Made by a program: the position numbers and the translations under genes. Shown here one piece after another: positions 37,971 through 51,513 of a stretch of DNA of 64,000 nt. The number at the start of each line of letters is the position of its first letter. Position 1 is the stretch's first letter. Under the pieces are notes generated by a model. The model was given only the letters and a program-made list of their open reading frames with translations. It made no database searches and was not told the origin of the DNA. Source of the stretch: Camelus ferus. Lineage: Eukaryota. The stretch lies in assembly GCF_009834535.1 (NCBI RefSeq), contig NC_045696.1, positions 39,124,001-39,188,000 of the forward strand. The letters run 5' to 3'.

Positions 37971-40819
37971 CCCTTAAAAGCTTCAGTGAAAAAGCCTGTT
38001 TAGTTCTGCTGAATTCTGTTTCTCAAACTTGGTTGACCTCAGATCTCCTTTAAAAAAAATTCCACCAGATTTACTAATATTTCTCAAAAAAAAAAAAAAA
38101 GTGCTCCTCCAGAGGACCCAGTTTGGAAGTTCTGATTTACAGGTAAATCTATGCTTTATATATCCTCCTCATCAAAATTCTGGGTCCTAGCTATCGAGAC
38201 GACTTTTGATGAACACTAAACTTTAATGTTCACAATGAAATAGTGGTAGCTGAAAAGGGGTAAGCAAGACAGTAAGAGGGGATTTCTTGAAGCAATGCTT
38301 TGACCTGAAGGAATGAAGCCCTAAAGTGGAAGTTATCCACCTGTCAGGCCAGCAGTGGAGCTTTTTTGGAGCACATGTTTTTCAGAAATATGTGGCAGAT
38401 CATATGCCTCCTCACCGTCACATAATCACATCAGGGTTCCCCCCTCTACAATGTAGAAATTAACCAACAATACAAATCCAGCTGACCTCTTTATTGAATA
38501 ATCTCTGCTAGACCAGATACCCATATCCACATTAACATTAAGGGAGGAATAAAAGCAGTTCATATTTTGTCAGTTATGAATTTTAAGTCTGCATAAAAAT
38601 AAAAATAAGGCAATGGACTAGCTTACAAAGAGTTGGCCCAGAGAAGGTCTCAGGGTTTCAATTCAATTACAGTAAGGCATCTGTCTCTGTTGATCCTGAA
38701 TCCGCTCCCTAGACCTTATCCCTTTAGTGCTTTCTTTGCAAACCCAGTAAGCTTCTTAAAAAAAAAGCAGAAAACCACATCTGTCAAAATTAGGAAGTGG
38801 TAACTACCAGGAAACAAAATTAATCACAGGGTCACTGGAGAATTTTGTAATGGTTCAAGCTCTCCCTTGCATCAACTGCCTCCTGTCCACTCTCCTTCCA
38901 CTCTGATGATGTCAGCCAGTTTCTGTTCCTTTGGCAGGGAGTCAAAGAGAAGACCTGGATAGCATGGCTGTGTCCTCAATATTCATCTTGGGACATGCAG
39001 CTATTTTGCTTACTGAAGAGAAAATACAAGGAAAGTGAAGGTCCTGTTTATATTGGATCAATAACACCTGATAACAACAACAAATTCCAAGCCTCTAGAA
39101 ATTTCCCAGTGTGCCTGCATGATGTCAAACAGGCAAAATATCTTGAGTGGGAAATTGCAGAGTCATAGAATGTTGGTATGAAAAGACCTTCCGAGATTAT
39201 TTAGACTACCTACTACCTACTACTACTACTACCTACTACCTTCTTTTTTTTTTGTATTGAGGAAACTAAGACTGGGGAGATTAAGCACACAATTCATTTG
39301 TTTTGGTACCCTGGAAATAAAACATAGCCTGAAGTGCCTAGGGCACCCAGTAGGGGGCATTTGCTAACCCTCCAAAAACCTTGCTCTCACTCTAAGTGGT
39401 GTTTCCACTTCCGTTTCCCCGAATTATGAGAGCCTCACTAGAGTATTTTTCCTTCCCACCCACTCTTTCATTCCCCTCTCACTTCACTCCTGAGATTCAG
39501 AACTACCTGTGATGGGAGTGGTGACTCCCTTTTAGTGGAAAGTGGGGGACAGGAAAGCAATCTTCATCATAGTGTAATAATAGAATATAACCACTAGATG
39601 GAAGCATATACACGATATTGCATTAAATATGTATTCTCTTCCTTAGGAAAGGAAAACCACAAACAGGATTAGTGCTTCCCAACACTGCAAAATTAAATGA
39701 AAAGATTAATGACATAATGTCAAATGATTCAGGCAAAAAGAAAATCCCTGTTATTGAGGAAAATGCAATTTACCTTGCATGAAGATTGACTAATACTGTT
39801 TGTTGGTTTCTCTGACTGAAAACTTCAGGTCTTTCCTAGATGTAAACAGAGCAGTTTTATGTTCTCTTTCACGTCTTTTTAAGCTTTCATGTTTTTCCTA
39901 GATTTAAGAACTGCATTTTATTTTATCTCTAGGAAAGCTAGGCGGTAGAGGTGAACATTGGAAAAGGCAGCTTTCTATCAAAATAAGTGCAGATAATGAG
40001 TAATATATTGAAAGGACACAGGATAAGGAGCTAGGCAACTTGGCTCTGGGCGACAGGGCACTTACTGTATGATTTTTAGAAAGCCCTTAACCCCTTGGGC
40101 TTCCATTTCCTCCTCTGTATTCATAAGGCAGATGGATTTAGGTGACTTTAAAAATCCCTGAGGAGACAAATACAGTGGTTAAGAATGTGATTTTTGGCAA
40201 CAGATTTTCTAGGTGCAAATCCTAATTCTTCCGCTTACTAGATGTGTGAACACTGGCAATGGCTTGATATTTCTCTCTGAGTCAGGTACTTCATATGCCA
40301 ATTAGGAATGATATTGCTAGGACCTGTCTCTTAGGGTTATAGTTAAAATTGATGGGATAGTGCTATGTGTTCAGCACAAAAATTCAGTACGTTGAAAATA
40401 CAAGAATTAATTTAATTAATGTTAACTGCCAATTTTATTCATCTCTATTAATATAGTCTTTGCATTTCCAACATCATGATTTTGATCAAAATGACCACCA
40501 TTTTCCAGTCTCCCAGTCTTGAAATGTTGAAGTCATTTTTGACCCCTCCCTTTTCAAGACTTGAATTTTTTTGGTTTGTTTATTTGGGGATTTTTTGCTA
40601 CAAAACTTTTTTTAGTTTCTTAGTATTCCCATTGCCACTAGACCTTTTTGTCTCTAATATAAATATATACCTCAATCAGTCTCCTTGCCCCAAGTCTTTC
40701 TGCTTTCATGTCTTCCATATGCAGTGGCCAAATTTATACCAATGATACTTCTTTTTCTAGTTTTTTTTCTCTGGTTACAATGTTTTCCTATTGCTTATAG
40801 GCAAAAATCTATTCTGGTA

Positions 40820-42435
40820 CATTGGCCTATGTTACTATATTTTTGCAAATACTGTCTTATAACTGTAACTTTATAGTAAATAAATCTTAAGATCCTTCAA
40901 CTTTATTCTTGTTCAAAGCTCTTTTAGTCATTCTAGTTCCTTTGTTTTTCTAAATAAGTCTTAGAGTCAGCTTTTCCACATCTACAAAAAATTCTGCTAC
41001 AATTTGGATTGGTATTGCATTAAATCTGTAGGTTAGTTTGGTGAGAATTTAAATCTTATGTTGACTCCTCCAATCAATGAGCAATGTATGCCTCTACTTA
41101 GGTTTTTTATGATTTCTTTCAACAATGTTTTATAGTTTTCAGCATCTAGATCTTGTCTGTACTTTGTTAGGTTTATACCTAAGAATTTTATGTTTCTGGA
41201 GTTATTATAAATGGCATTGATTTTTTAAATTTTGGCTTTCTGGGGGATGAGTATAGTTCAGTGGTAGGATGCATGTCTATAGTATACAGAAATATAATTA
41301 TCTTTTACCCCAATTAAAAATTGGGGTAAAATATACATAACATAAAATTGACTATCTTAGCCATTCTTCAATGTACAATTAGGTGTGCACTAAGTATATT
41401 CAAATTTTTGTGCAACCATCAACACCATTCATCTCCAGAATTCTCTCTTTCATTTTTAATTAAGACATTTAAAAAAAAATTAAGGGAGGTAATTAGGTTT
41501 TTATTTATTTTTGATGGAGGCACTGGGGATTGAACTCAGGACCTTGTGCATGCTAGGCAGGCACTCTACCACTGAGCTATATCCTCTTCCCTCAAGACAT
41601 TTTTTTAGAGCAGTTTATAGTTCACAGCAAAACTGAAAGTACAGAGAATTTGCATGTACTCTCTTCCTCTACACAGGTAAAGCCTCCCCCACTATCAACA
41701 TCCCACACCACAGTGGTATGTCTGTTACAATTGATGAACCTACACTGATAATTCATAGCCACCCAAAGTCCATACTTTACATTATGCTTCACTTTTGATG
41801 TTGTACACTCTATGGGTTTGGACAAATGTGTAATGACATGTATCCATCATTATGGTATCACACAGAATAATTTCACTGCCCTAAAAATACTCTGTGCTCC
41901 ACCTGTTCATATCTCGACCCACTACCCTGGCAACCTGTGATATTTTTTTCCTGTCTCCATAGTTTGCCTTTTCCAGAATATCGTATAGCTGGAATCAGAC
42001 AGTATGTAGACTTTTCAGATTGACTTCTTTCACTTAGTAATACGCAGTTAAGTTTCCTCCATATCTTTTCATAGCTTGGTAGCTCATTTCCTTTTAGCGC
42101 TGAATAATATTCCACTGTCTGGATGTACCACAGTTTATTTATCCATTCACTTACTATAAAGGGCATCTTGGTCCCAGTTTTGGCAATTATAAATAAAGCT
42201 GCTGTAAACATCTGTGTGCAGGGGACATAAGTTTTCAACTCCTTTGGGTAAATACCAAGGAATGCAGTTGTAGGAGTATGCAATGTAAGAGTATGTTTAG
42301 TTTTGTAAAAGACCACTAAACTGTCTTCAAAAGTGGCTGTACCATTTCATATTCCAACTAGCAATGAATGTGAGTTCCTATTGCTTCACATTCTTGTTAG
42401 CATTTGGCATTGTCACTGTTCCAGATTTTGGCCAG
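40820..42435 (-). mobile_element. Nested old L1 fragments (L1M ORF2, L1MB/L1MC-like 3' ends) with SINE insertions
   Basis: ORF 41873..42316 resembles the L1 ORF2 C-terminus (LLGIYPKELK-like, WINKLWYI). The 3' end ttttagagcagtttatagttcacagcaaaa is L1MC-type. Confidence 0.75.
41471..41593 (-). mobile_element. tRNA-Ala-derived SINE (vic-1-like)
   Basis: Same head as the other copies, flanked by the direct repeat aagacattt (41462-70 and 41594-602). Confidence 0.82.
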
Positions 42436-42437
42436 AT

Positions 42438-42860
42438 TTGGTGTACAGCAAAGTGATTCAGTTATATACATATTCAGATTTATTTCCACTATAGGTTATT
42501 AAAGATATTGAACATAGTTCCCTATGCTATGCAGTAGGTCCTTGTTTATCTATTTTATATATAGTAATGTGTACCTGTTAATCCCAAACTCCTAATTTAT
42601 TCCTTCCCCAACTTTCCCCTTTGGTAACCATAAGTTTGTTTTCTATGTCTGTTGAGTCTGTTTCTGTTTTGTAATAAGTTCATTTGTGTCATTTTTTTAG
42701 GTTCCACATGTAAGCGATATCATGATATTTGTCTTTCTCTGTCTGACTTACTTCATTCAGTATGATAATCTCTAGGTCCATCCATGTTGCTGCAAATGGC
42801 ATTATTTCATTCCTTTTTATGGTCAGGTAATATTCCATTATCTATCTATCTATCTATCTA

Positions 42861-42935
<75 letters not shown>

Positions 42936-45900
42936 CAATAGACATTTAGGTTGCTTCCATGTCTTGACTATTGTAAATAATGCTCCTATGAACATTGGGG
43001 TGCATGTATCTTTTTGAATAGTTTTTTCCATATATGACCAGGAGTGAGATTGCTGGATCATCAAGTAATTCTATTTTTAGTTTTTTAAGAAATCTCCAAA
43101 CTATTCTCCATAGTGGCTGCACTAATTTACATTCCCACCAACAGTGTAGGAGGGTTCCCTTCTCTCCACACCATTTCCAGCATTTATAATTTGTAGACTT
43201 TTTGGTGATGGCCATTCTGACTGGCGTGAGGTGACACCTCATTGTAGTTTTGATTTGCATTTCTGTAATAATTAGCAATATTGAGCATATTTTCATCTGT
43301 CTCTTGGCCATCTGTATGCCTTCTTTGGAGAAATGTCTATTTAGGCCTTCTACTCATTTTTTGATTGGGTTTTTTTTTTTATATTAGGCTGTTTGTGTAT
43401 TTTGGAATTTAATCCATTGTTGATCACATCATTTGCCAATATTTTCTCGCATTCTGTAGGTTGTCTTTTCATTTTGTTTATGGTTCGGTTTGCTGTGCAA
43501 AAGCTTTTAAGTTTAATTAGGTCCCATTTGTTTATTTTTGCTTTTATTTTCTTTACTCTAGGAGACAGATCCAAAAAAATATTTCTTTGATTTATGTCAA
43601 AGAGTGTTCTGCCTATGTTTTCCTCTGTGAGTTTTACAGTATCTTGTCTTACATTAAAGTCTTTAATCCATTTTGAGTTTATTTTTGTATGTGGTGTTAG
43701 GGAATGTTCTAATTTCATTCTTTTACATGTAGTTGTCCAGTTTTCCCAGCACCACTTATTGAAGAGACTGTCTTTTCTCCATTGTATATTCTTATCTCCT
43801 TTGTCATAGATTAATTGACCATAAGTGGTGGGTTTATTTCTGGGCTTTCTACCTTGTTCCATTGATCTATGTGTCTGTTTTTGTGCCAATATCATGCTAT
43901 TTTGATTACTGGAGCTTTGTAGTATAGCACAAAGGCAGGGCACATAATTCCTCCAGCTCCATTCTTCTTTCTCAAGATTATTTTGGCTATTTAGGGTCTC
44001 CTGTGTTTCCAAACAAATTTGAATTTTTTTGTTCTAGTTCTGTGAAAAATGTCATTGGTAATTTGATAAGGACTGGATTGAATCTGTATATTGCCTTCGA
44101 CAGTACAGTCATTTATTATATTACAATATTATATACAATATTAATTCTTCCAATCCAAGAAAATGGTATATCTTTCCATCTGTTTTTGTTGTCTTCAAGT
44201 TCTTTCTTTAGCATCTTACAGTTTTCTGAATATAGATCTTTTGCTTCCTTAGGTAGATTTATTCCTAGGTATTTTATTCTTTTTGATATAATGGTAAATG
44301 ATACTATTCCCTTAATTTCTATTTCTGGTAGTTTGTTGTTAGTGTATAGAAATGAAACAGATTTTTGTTTATTAGTTTTGTATCCTATAACTTTACAAAA
44401 TTTGTTAATGAGCACTAGTAGTTTTCTGGTACCATCTTCAGGATTCTCCGTTTAGTATCATGTCATTTGTGAACAGTGACAGTTTTACTTCTTCCTTTCC
44501 AATCTGCATTACTTTTATTTCTCTTTCTTGTCTTACTTGCTGTGGCTAGGACTTCCAAAACTGTGTTGAATATAAGTGCCAAGAGTGGGCATCCTTGTCT
44601 TGTTCCTGATCTTAGAAGGAATGATTTCAGCTTTTCACCGTTGAGTATGATGTTAGCTGTGGGTTTGTTATATTCAGCCTTTATTATGTTGAGGTATGTT
44701 CTCTCTCTGCCCAGTTTCTAGAGAGTTTTTATCATAAATGGATTTTTAATTTTATGCAGCTTTTCCTGCATCTATGGAGATGATCATACGACTTTTATTT
44801 TTTAATTAATTAATGTGATGTATTACAGTGATTGATTTACAGATACTGAAAATTTTTTGTATCCTAGGGATAATGTGATCATAGTGTATGATCCTTTTAC
44901 TCTAATGTTGGATCAGGTTTGCTAGTATTTCATTGAGGAATTTTGCATCTATGTTAAGTAGTGATATTGGACTGTAATTGTCTTTTTTTGTGTGATATCT
45001 TTGTCTGATTTTGGTGTCAGGGTAATGTAGCCTCATAGAATGAATTCAGAAGTGTTCTTTCCTCTGCAAATTTTTGTAATAGTTTCAGAAGGACAATTGC
45101 TAACTGTTCTCTAAATGTTTGGTAGAATTCCCCTAGGAAGCCATCTGGTCCTAGACTATTGCTTGTTGGGAGTTTTTAAGTTACTGATACAATTTCATTA
45201 CTGCTAACTGATCTGCTCATATTTTCAACATTTCACTCTGGTTTAGTCCTGGAAGATTGTACTTGTCTAAGAATTTGTCCATTTCTTCTAGATTGTCCAT
45301 TTTATTGGCTTGTAGTTGTCACAGTAGTTTCTTGTGATTCTTTGTATTTCTGTGGTGTCAGTTGCAACTTCACCTTTTTCATTTCTAATTATTGATTTGG
45401 GCAGTCTCCTTTCTTTTCTTGATGAGTCTGGCTGAAAGTTTATCAATTTTGTTTATCTTTTCAAAAAAACACCCCAGTTTCACTGATCTTAAAATTATTT
45501 TTAAAGTCTCTGTTTCATTTATTTATGCTCTGATCCTTAACGATCTCTTTCCTTCTACTAACTTTGGGTTTTGTTTTTCTTTCTCTAGTTTCTTTAGGAG
45601 TAATGTTAGGTTGTTTAAAATTTTGCTTGTTTCCTGAGGTAAGCTTGTATCACCATAAACTTCCCTCTTAGAACTGCTTTTGCTATGTCTCATAGGTATT
45701 GGATTGTTGTGTTTTTGTTTTCATTTGTCTCTAGGTAATTTTTGATCTCCTCTTTGATTTCATTAGTGATCTATTCTTTGTTTTGTAGTGTTTGTTTAGC
45801 CTCCATGTGTTTGTGTCTTTTGAAGTTTTTTTCTTGTAGTTGATTTCTAGTCTCATAGTGTTGTGGTCAGAAAAGATGCTTGATATGATTTCAATCTTCA

Positions 45901-46393
45901 TAAATTTACCAAGGCTTGTTTTGTGGCCTATCATGTGATCTATGCTGGAGAATATTCCATGTGATCTTGAAAAGAATGTGTATCCTGCTGCTTTGGATGG
46001 AATGCTCCCTATACAGCAATTAAGTCCCTTCAGTCTAACGCATCAGTTTAGGTCAGTGTTTCCTTATTGACTTTTTGTCTGGAAGATCTGTCCATTGATG
46101 TAAGTGGGGTGGTAAAGTACCCACTAATACTGTGTTACTGTCAATTTCTCCTTTTATGTCCATTAATATTTGCCTTATATATTTAGGTGCTTCTATGTTG
46201 GGTGCATATATACTTACAAATAAGTTATATTTTCTTCTTGGATTGATCCCTTGATCATTATGTAGTGTCCTTGTCTCTTGTAACAGTCTTTATTTTAAAG
46301 TCTATTTTGTCTAATGTAAGTATTGCTACTCCAGCTTTCTTCTAATTTCCATTCACATGGAGTAACTTTTTCCACCCTCGCACTTTTAACCTG
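42438..46393 (-). mobile_element. L1 (ORF2 from the endonuclease domain to the 3' UTR), decayed
   Basis: ORFs 42946..43311, 43350..44012, 44116..44415 and 45731..45934 are L1 ORF2 fragments ([32 protein letters not shown]) with many frameshifts. Confidence 0.95.
42839..42934. repeat. Compound (TCTA)n/(TCTG)n microsatellite
   Basis: Directly visible tetranucleotide array inside the L1 3' region. Confidence 0.95.
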
Positions 46394-47548
46394 GTTCAAA
46401 GATGGGCAGAAGAATGGAATAGACATATTTCCAAAGGGGAATTGCAGATGGCCAGCAGGCACATGAAAAGATGCTCAAAATCACTAATCATCAGGGAAAT
46501 GCAAATCAAAACCACAATATTACCTCACATTGGTCAGAATGGCTATCATCAAAATGAATACAAATAATAAATGTTGGCAAGGATGTGGAGAAAAGGGAAT
46601 CTTCATACACTGTTAATGGGAATGTATATTGGTTCAGCTGCTATGGGAAACACTATGGAGGCTTCTCAAAAAGCTAAAACTAGAACTGCCATATGACCCA
46701 GCAATTCCACTCCTGGGTATATATCCTAGAAAAGCAAAAACACTAATTTAAAAAGATACATGCACCTCAGTGTTCATAGCAGCATTATTTACAACTGTCT
46801 AGATATGGAAACAACCTCAGTATCCATCAACGGATGAATGGATAAAGAAAATTGTGATATATATATATATATATATACAATGGAATACTACTCAGCCATA
46901 AAATGAACAAAATTTTGCCATTTGCAGCAACATGGATGGACTTAGAGAATATTATGGTAAGTGAAACAAGTCAGATAGAGAAAGACAAATACTGTATGAT
47001 TTCAATTATATGTGGGATCCAAAAAATACAACAAACCAGGGAATATAATTTTTGTTATAGTTAGAATCAAACTGTACATGTGGAATATTTGTAGTTTACT
47101 GTACAGGAATCATACCACAGTAAAGGTGTTAAAAAAAACCAAAACAAAAACAAAAACAAAAGTGAGATGATTAAAACCAAGCACATAGGTATATCAATTG
47201 TCCTCTAAAATTGCTGCTGGCAATTAAAGCATGATACAAATATTATCATTAATTTAAAAAAAAAGCAGACTAATAGACATAGAGTGTAAACCAGTGTTTA
47301 CCAGTGAGCAGAGGAAAGGGGCAGGCGGAATACTGGGGTAGGGGAGAAGAGGTACAAACTATTAGGTATAAAATAAGCAACAAAGCTATAATGTATAACC
47401 TGGAGAATCTAGCCAATATTTTATAATAACTATAAATGAAATACAGCCTTAAAAATTGTGAATCACTATATTGTACACCTGAAACTTATATAATACTGTA
47501 TAGCAACTATACTTTAATAAAAGAAATAATTAAAAATAAAAATGAAAA
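46394..47548 (+). mobile_element. 5'-truncated L1 (end of ORF2, 3' UTR and A-tail) with a foreign insert
   Basis: Contains atgcaaatcaaaaccaca and gacccagcaattccactcctggg, and ends in caactatactttaataaaag followed by an A-rich tail. Confidence 0.92.
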
Positions 47549-47865
47549 GAATTAGCCATAGGAGACCTAAAAAAACACGTAAAATCCATTCAAAAAGTGG
47601 TATTGCCCTAAATGTTCTACAAGTGTTCTAATAAGAAACAATTTGATCATTAAGAGATAGAAAAACCAATTTCTTACAACATGTAAGAAACAGAAATCAC
47701 TGAATGAGACAGAATTTGGAACAATTTGCATTTTAATTGACTCATCTCCTTCCTTTCAAAGAAGATTCCAGACCAGGGTCCACTGTAACAGACACTCAAA
47801 TATATTTGCTGACTGAATGGCTAAGTTATACCAATTAAGACTTTCCTGAATCATTAACAATTTGA

Positions 47866-48880
47866 CTGCATCTAAGAAGGAAGTGGGCTTCTGGAGAACT
47901 TGAAGAAGCATCTGAACTTCTGACAAGGTCAAATAAGTCAAAACAATGTTTAGACATTTGCTTGAAATTTCTACTTCTTTCTGTATGATACATGTCAGAT
48001 CTTATGCCACATTTTCCTTTTTTTCTAGTCACAACTAGAAAATATGCCACTTAAATGATGTAGAAAAGAGGTAAAATTTTAAAAATTAAAATTAAAAACC
48101 ATTAAAACTCCAAATAACACATCTGAATCTGGAAGGGATCATCAAAGGACCCCCCCCTCAAAAAAAAGTTAGCTAAAAAATGGATGAAGATCTGGACATT
48201 TACAAGGTACTAAAGGATCATATCATTAATTACTTGCTAGATGTAAGGGAAAACAAACATGGAGAAATCTTGCTGTTACCTCCTTAATCAGTGGATCATA
48301 CTAAGCCTCAGAAATAGTAAGACAGACTTCTTTTGCTCCCTGGTGTGGTGCAATATGAAGTTCATAATATCATCTATGATGTATTCTTGCCAAAGATGCT
48401 TAATCAAGCCTTTGGATATAATTTCCTCTGGGAACAGAAAAATACAGGGAATAGGAAAACAAGTCAAACAAAGCCAATTAAACAAATCCAGAATGTGGAA
48501 CCCTCCACAAGACAATTGAAAAACTGGCCCAATTACTCCAGACGTCATAGCCATTTGGGAAAAAAAAAAAAAGCCCCAAACCATTGAGATTAACAAAAAT
48601 GAACAAAAGGAACAGAAAGAAATGATAATGCTCTGTATCAACAGATATAACAAACAAATGCAATGCAGTGCTGCAGAAGACAGTTTGGGAACTGGAGAAA
48701 TGTAAATATAGATGGATTATTAGATGGTATTGGGAGAATAGTATTAATTTTGTCTGATTTCAAAATAGTACTGTAGTTAGGAAGGAAAATGTTCTCGTTT
48801 GTTAAAGATGCAGTTTAAAGTGTTTAGTTGTGAAATGTTATGATATCTGTGATTTTCATGAAAATATTTAAATGTTTCTC
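47866..48880 (+). repeat. Tandem segmental duplication, copy A (paralogous to 60163-60387 plus 62492-63262)
   Basis: Shared runs include ctgaacttctg..aaggtcaaat.agtc.aaacaatgtttagacatttg.ttgaaatttcta, atcatatcattaattacttgctagatgt and aacagaaaaatacagggaataggaaaa.aagtcaaacaaagccaat. Confidence 0.9.
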
Positions 48881-48883
48881 TTT

Positions 48884-51003
48884 GGAGAGGAGATAAAGAT
48901 GGTGGAGTAGGAGGACACTGATCTCACCTACCCCCATGAACACATCAAAAATACATATACATGTGGAGCAAATATTACAGAAAACAAACTGAAGACTGGC
49001 AGAAAGACTTTTATATGACCAAGGCTGCAAAGAAAGATCCCCTGGAGAAGGATGGGTAGGGAAGAGAAGCAATCAGGTCAGGACCTGCACCACTAGGAAG
49101 GGTCACAGAAGAGCAGGGGGATTACATTGGTTTGTAGATCCTCCCCGGGGAGTAAGCAGTTCAAAGCATATAGTGAGTTCCCCAGCTTGGGGTCTGACAC
49201 TGGGAAGATGAGTCCCCTTAGCTGCTTTGAAAACCAGTAGGACTGACAGGAGGGCTGTAAAAAACCTAGATTCTACTCATGAAGAGCATGCAGACACTTA
49301 CATACTCCCAGAAATGGCAGAGGAAACCGACTAAAACTGCCTGGGATTCTCCAGGTTTCGACCGCCCCTCCCAAGCGCATGCCCTAGCCCACTCCAAGCA
49401 CCTACCCCAGCCCCTCTAGCTCTGCCACAGATCCACACTAGGGCAAAGCCTTCCATTGCCAAGGAGAATGTGCATGTGGCAGGGATGGAGCCAGCTTGAC
49501 TCCAGCACTGCATCTGAACGGAAGTGGGCTGTCATGCTGGCACTCACAGAGGTAGTGGAGAGGAACTGTCTCGAGCTCTGACTGGTATGGTGGGATTGCC
49601 CCAGCATGCACACCAGCTCACAATGAGAGAAATTACAACTGACATCAAAGAGACACAAAAAATCATAAGAAAATACTATAAACAGTTATATGCCAACAAA
49701 TTGGACAACCTAGAAGAAATGGATACATTTCTAGAAACATGCAATCTTCCAAGACTGAATCAGAAAGAAATAGACAATCTAAAAAGACCAGTCACGAGTA
49801 GTGAAATTGAATTACTAATCAAAAAACTCCCAGTGGACAGAAGCCTTGGACTGGACAGCTCCACAGGAGAATGCTACTAAATACATAAAGAAGAGTTAAT
49901 ACCTATCCCTCTCAAACTGTTCCAAAGAACTGAAAAGGAAAGACCACTCCCAAATTCATTCTACAAGTCCATCATTACCCTGATGGCAAAACCAGAAAAA
50001 GACACTACAAAATAATTACAGGCCAATATCTCTGATGAATTAGATATGAAAATTCTCAATAAAATATTACCAAATGGAATTCAACAATGTAAAAAATTAT
50101 ACACCATGATCAAGTGGGATTTATTCCAGGGAAATAAGGATGGTGATACACAGTAACAAAAGGAAGGACAAAAATCATGTGGTCATCTCAATAGATGCAG
50201 AAAAAGCATTTGACAAAATTCAACATCCATTCATGATTAAAAACTCTCACTAAAGTTGGTATAGAGGGAATATATCTCAACATAATAAAGGCCATATATG
50301 ACAGATCCACAGCTAACATCAAACTCAGTGGTAAAAAGCTGAAAGTTTTTCCTCTAAAAACAGGAACAAGACAAGGATGCACACATTCATCATTTTATTG
50401 GACATAATAATGAAAGTCCTAGCCACAGCAATCAGACAAAAAAAAAAAAAAAAAAAAAAAAAGAAATAAAAGACATCCAAACTGGAAGGAAAGGAGTAAA
50501 AAGTCAGTATCTGCAGATGACATGATACTCTATATCGAAGTCTCTACCAAAAAAGTATTAGAATTAAAAAATGAATTCAGTAAATTTGCAGGATACAAGA
50601 TTATTATACAGAAACCTGTTGCTTTCTTAGACACTAATAATGAACTATCAGAAACTGAAAGCAAAAAAAGTCCTGTTTTCAATTGCATCAAAAAGAATAA
50701 AATACCTAGGAATAAACTTAACCAAGGAGCAGAAAAATCTATACTCTGAAAACTGTAAGACACTGATGAAGGAAACTGAAGATGATACAAAGAAATGGAA
50801 AGATATCTTGCGTTCTTGATTGGACAAATTAATGTTGTTAAAATATCCATATTACTCAAAGCAACCTACAGATTTAATGCAATCTCAATCAAAATACTTA
50901 GGACATTTTTCACAGAACTAGACCAAACAATCCTAACATACATATGAAATCACAAAAGACCCTGAATAGCCAAAGCCATCTTAAAAAGAACAAAGCTGGT
51001 GGT
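48884..51003 (+). mobile_element. L1 with its 5' UTR joined directly to mid-ORF2, 3'-truncated
   Basis: Starts ggagaggagataaagatggtggagtag. GC-rich UTR to ~49620, then ORF2 ([32 protein letters not shown]) and the RT region to 51003. Confidence 0.88.
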
Positions 51004-51259
51004 AAAACTATCTTTCAGTGATTTTGTTTGTGATTGCATATAATTTATATATTAATTTGGGAAAATTAACACCTTTACTGGATCGAAGTCTTTCTATTTA
51101 AAATTTCTTTCTATTTAATGTATGAATTTTCATACCTTAAACAAGTGTTTATACCTTTCAGTAGTTTTACATTTTTGCCAAATACATATAGGTCAGGCAT
51201 ATTTCTTGCCAAGTTTAATCATAAAAATAGATATAGATAAGTATGATTATGTGAATATA

Positions 51260-51294
51260 TGTATGTGTGTATGTGTGTGTGTGTGTGTGTGTGT
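51260..51294. repeat. (GT)n microsatellite
   Basis: Directly visible. Confidence 0.9.
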
Positions 51295-51513
51295 ATACCC
51301 TCTGCTCATTTGAAAATCAGTACAACTTGTAGTAGGCTCTCTGAATATACGTTCCTCCATATCCAAGTTTCCTTTGTAACCATGGTTCTGCATCCATGGA
51401 TTCAACCAATGGGGAGGGGATTGTGCAGTACCATAGTATATGCTGTTGAAAAAAATCTGAGTGTAAGTTTCCCCACCCAGTCAACCCTGTGTTGTTCAAG
51501 AGTCAGCTGTATT
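51294..51513. mobile_element. Tigger1-like DNA transposon fragment
   Basis: Contains ggttctgcatccatggattcaaccaa and ends tgttgttcaagagtcagctgta. Confidence 0.6.

Noticed and set aside
41242..41278. Second tailless tRNA insertion
   Set aside because: It looks like a diverged 5' fragment of the vic-1-like SINE head, and I could not identify a TSD.
42784..43017. ORF with IYLS repeats
   Set aside because: It is a translation artefact of the (TCTA)n microsatellite.
43350..44012. 220-aa ORF, the longest in the window
   Set aside because: It is a frameshifted fragment of L1 ORF2, not a host gene or an active element.
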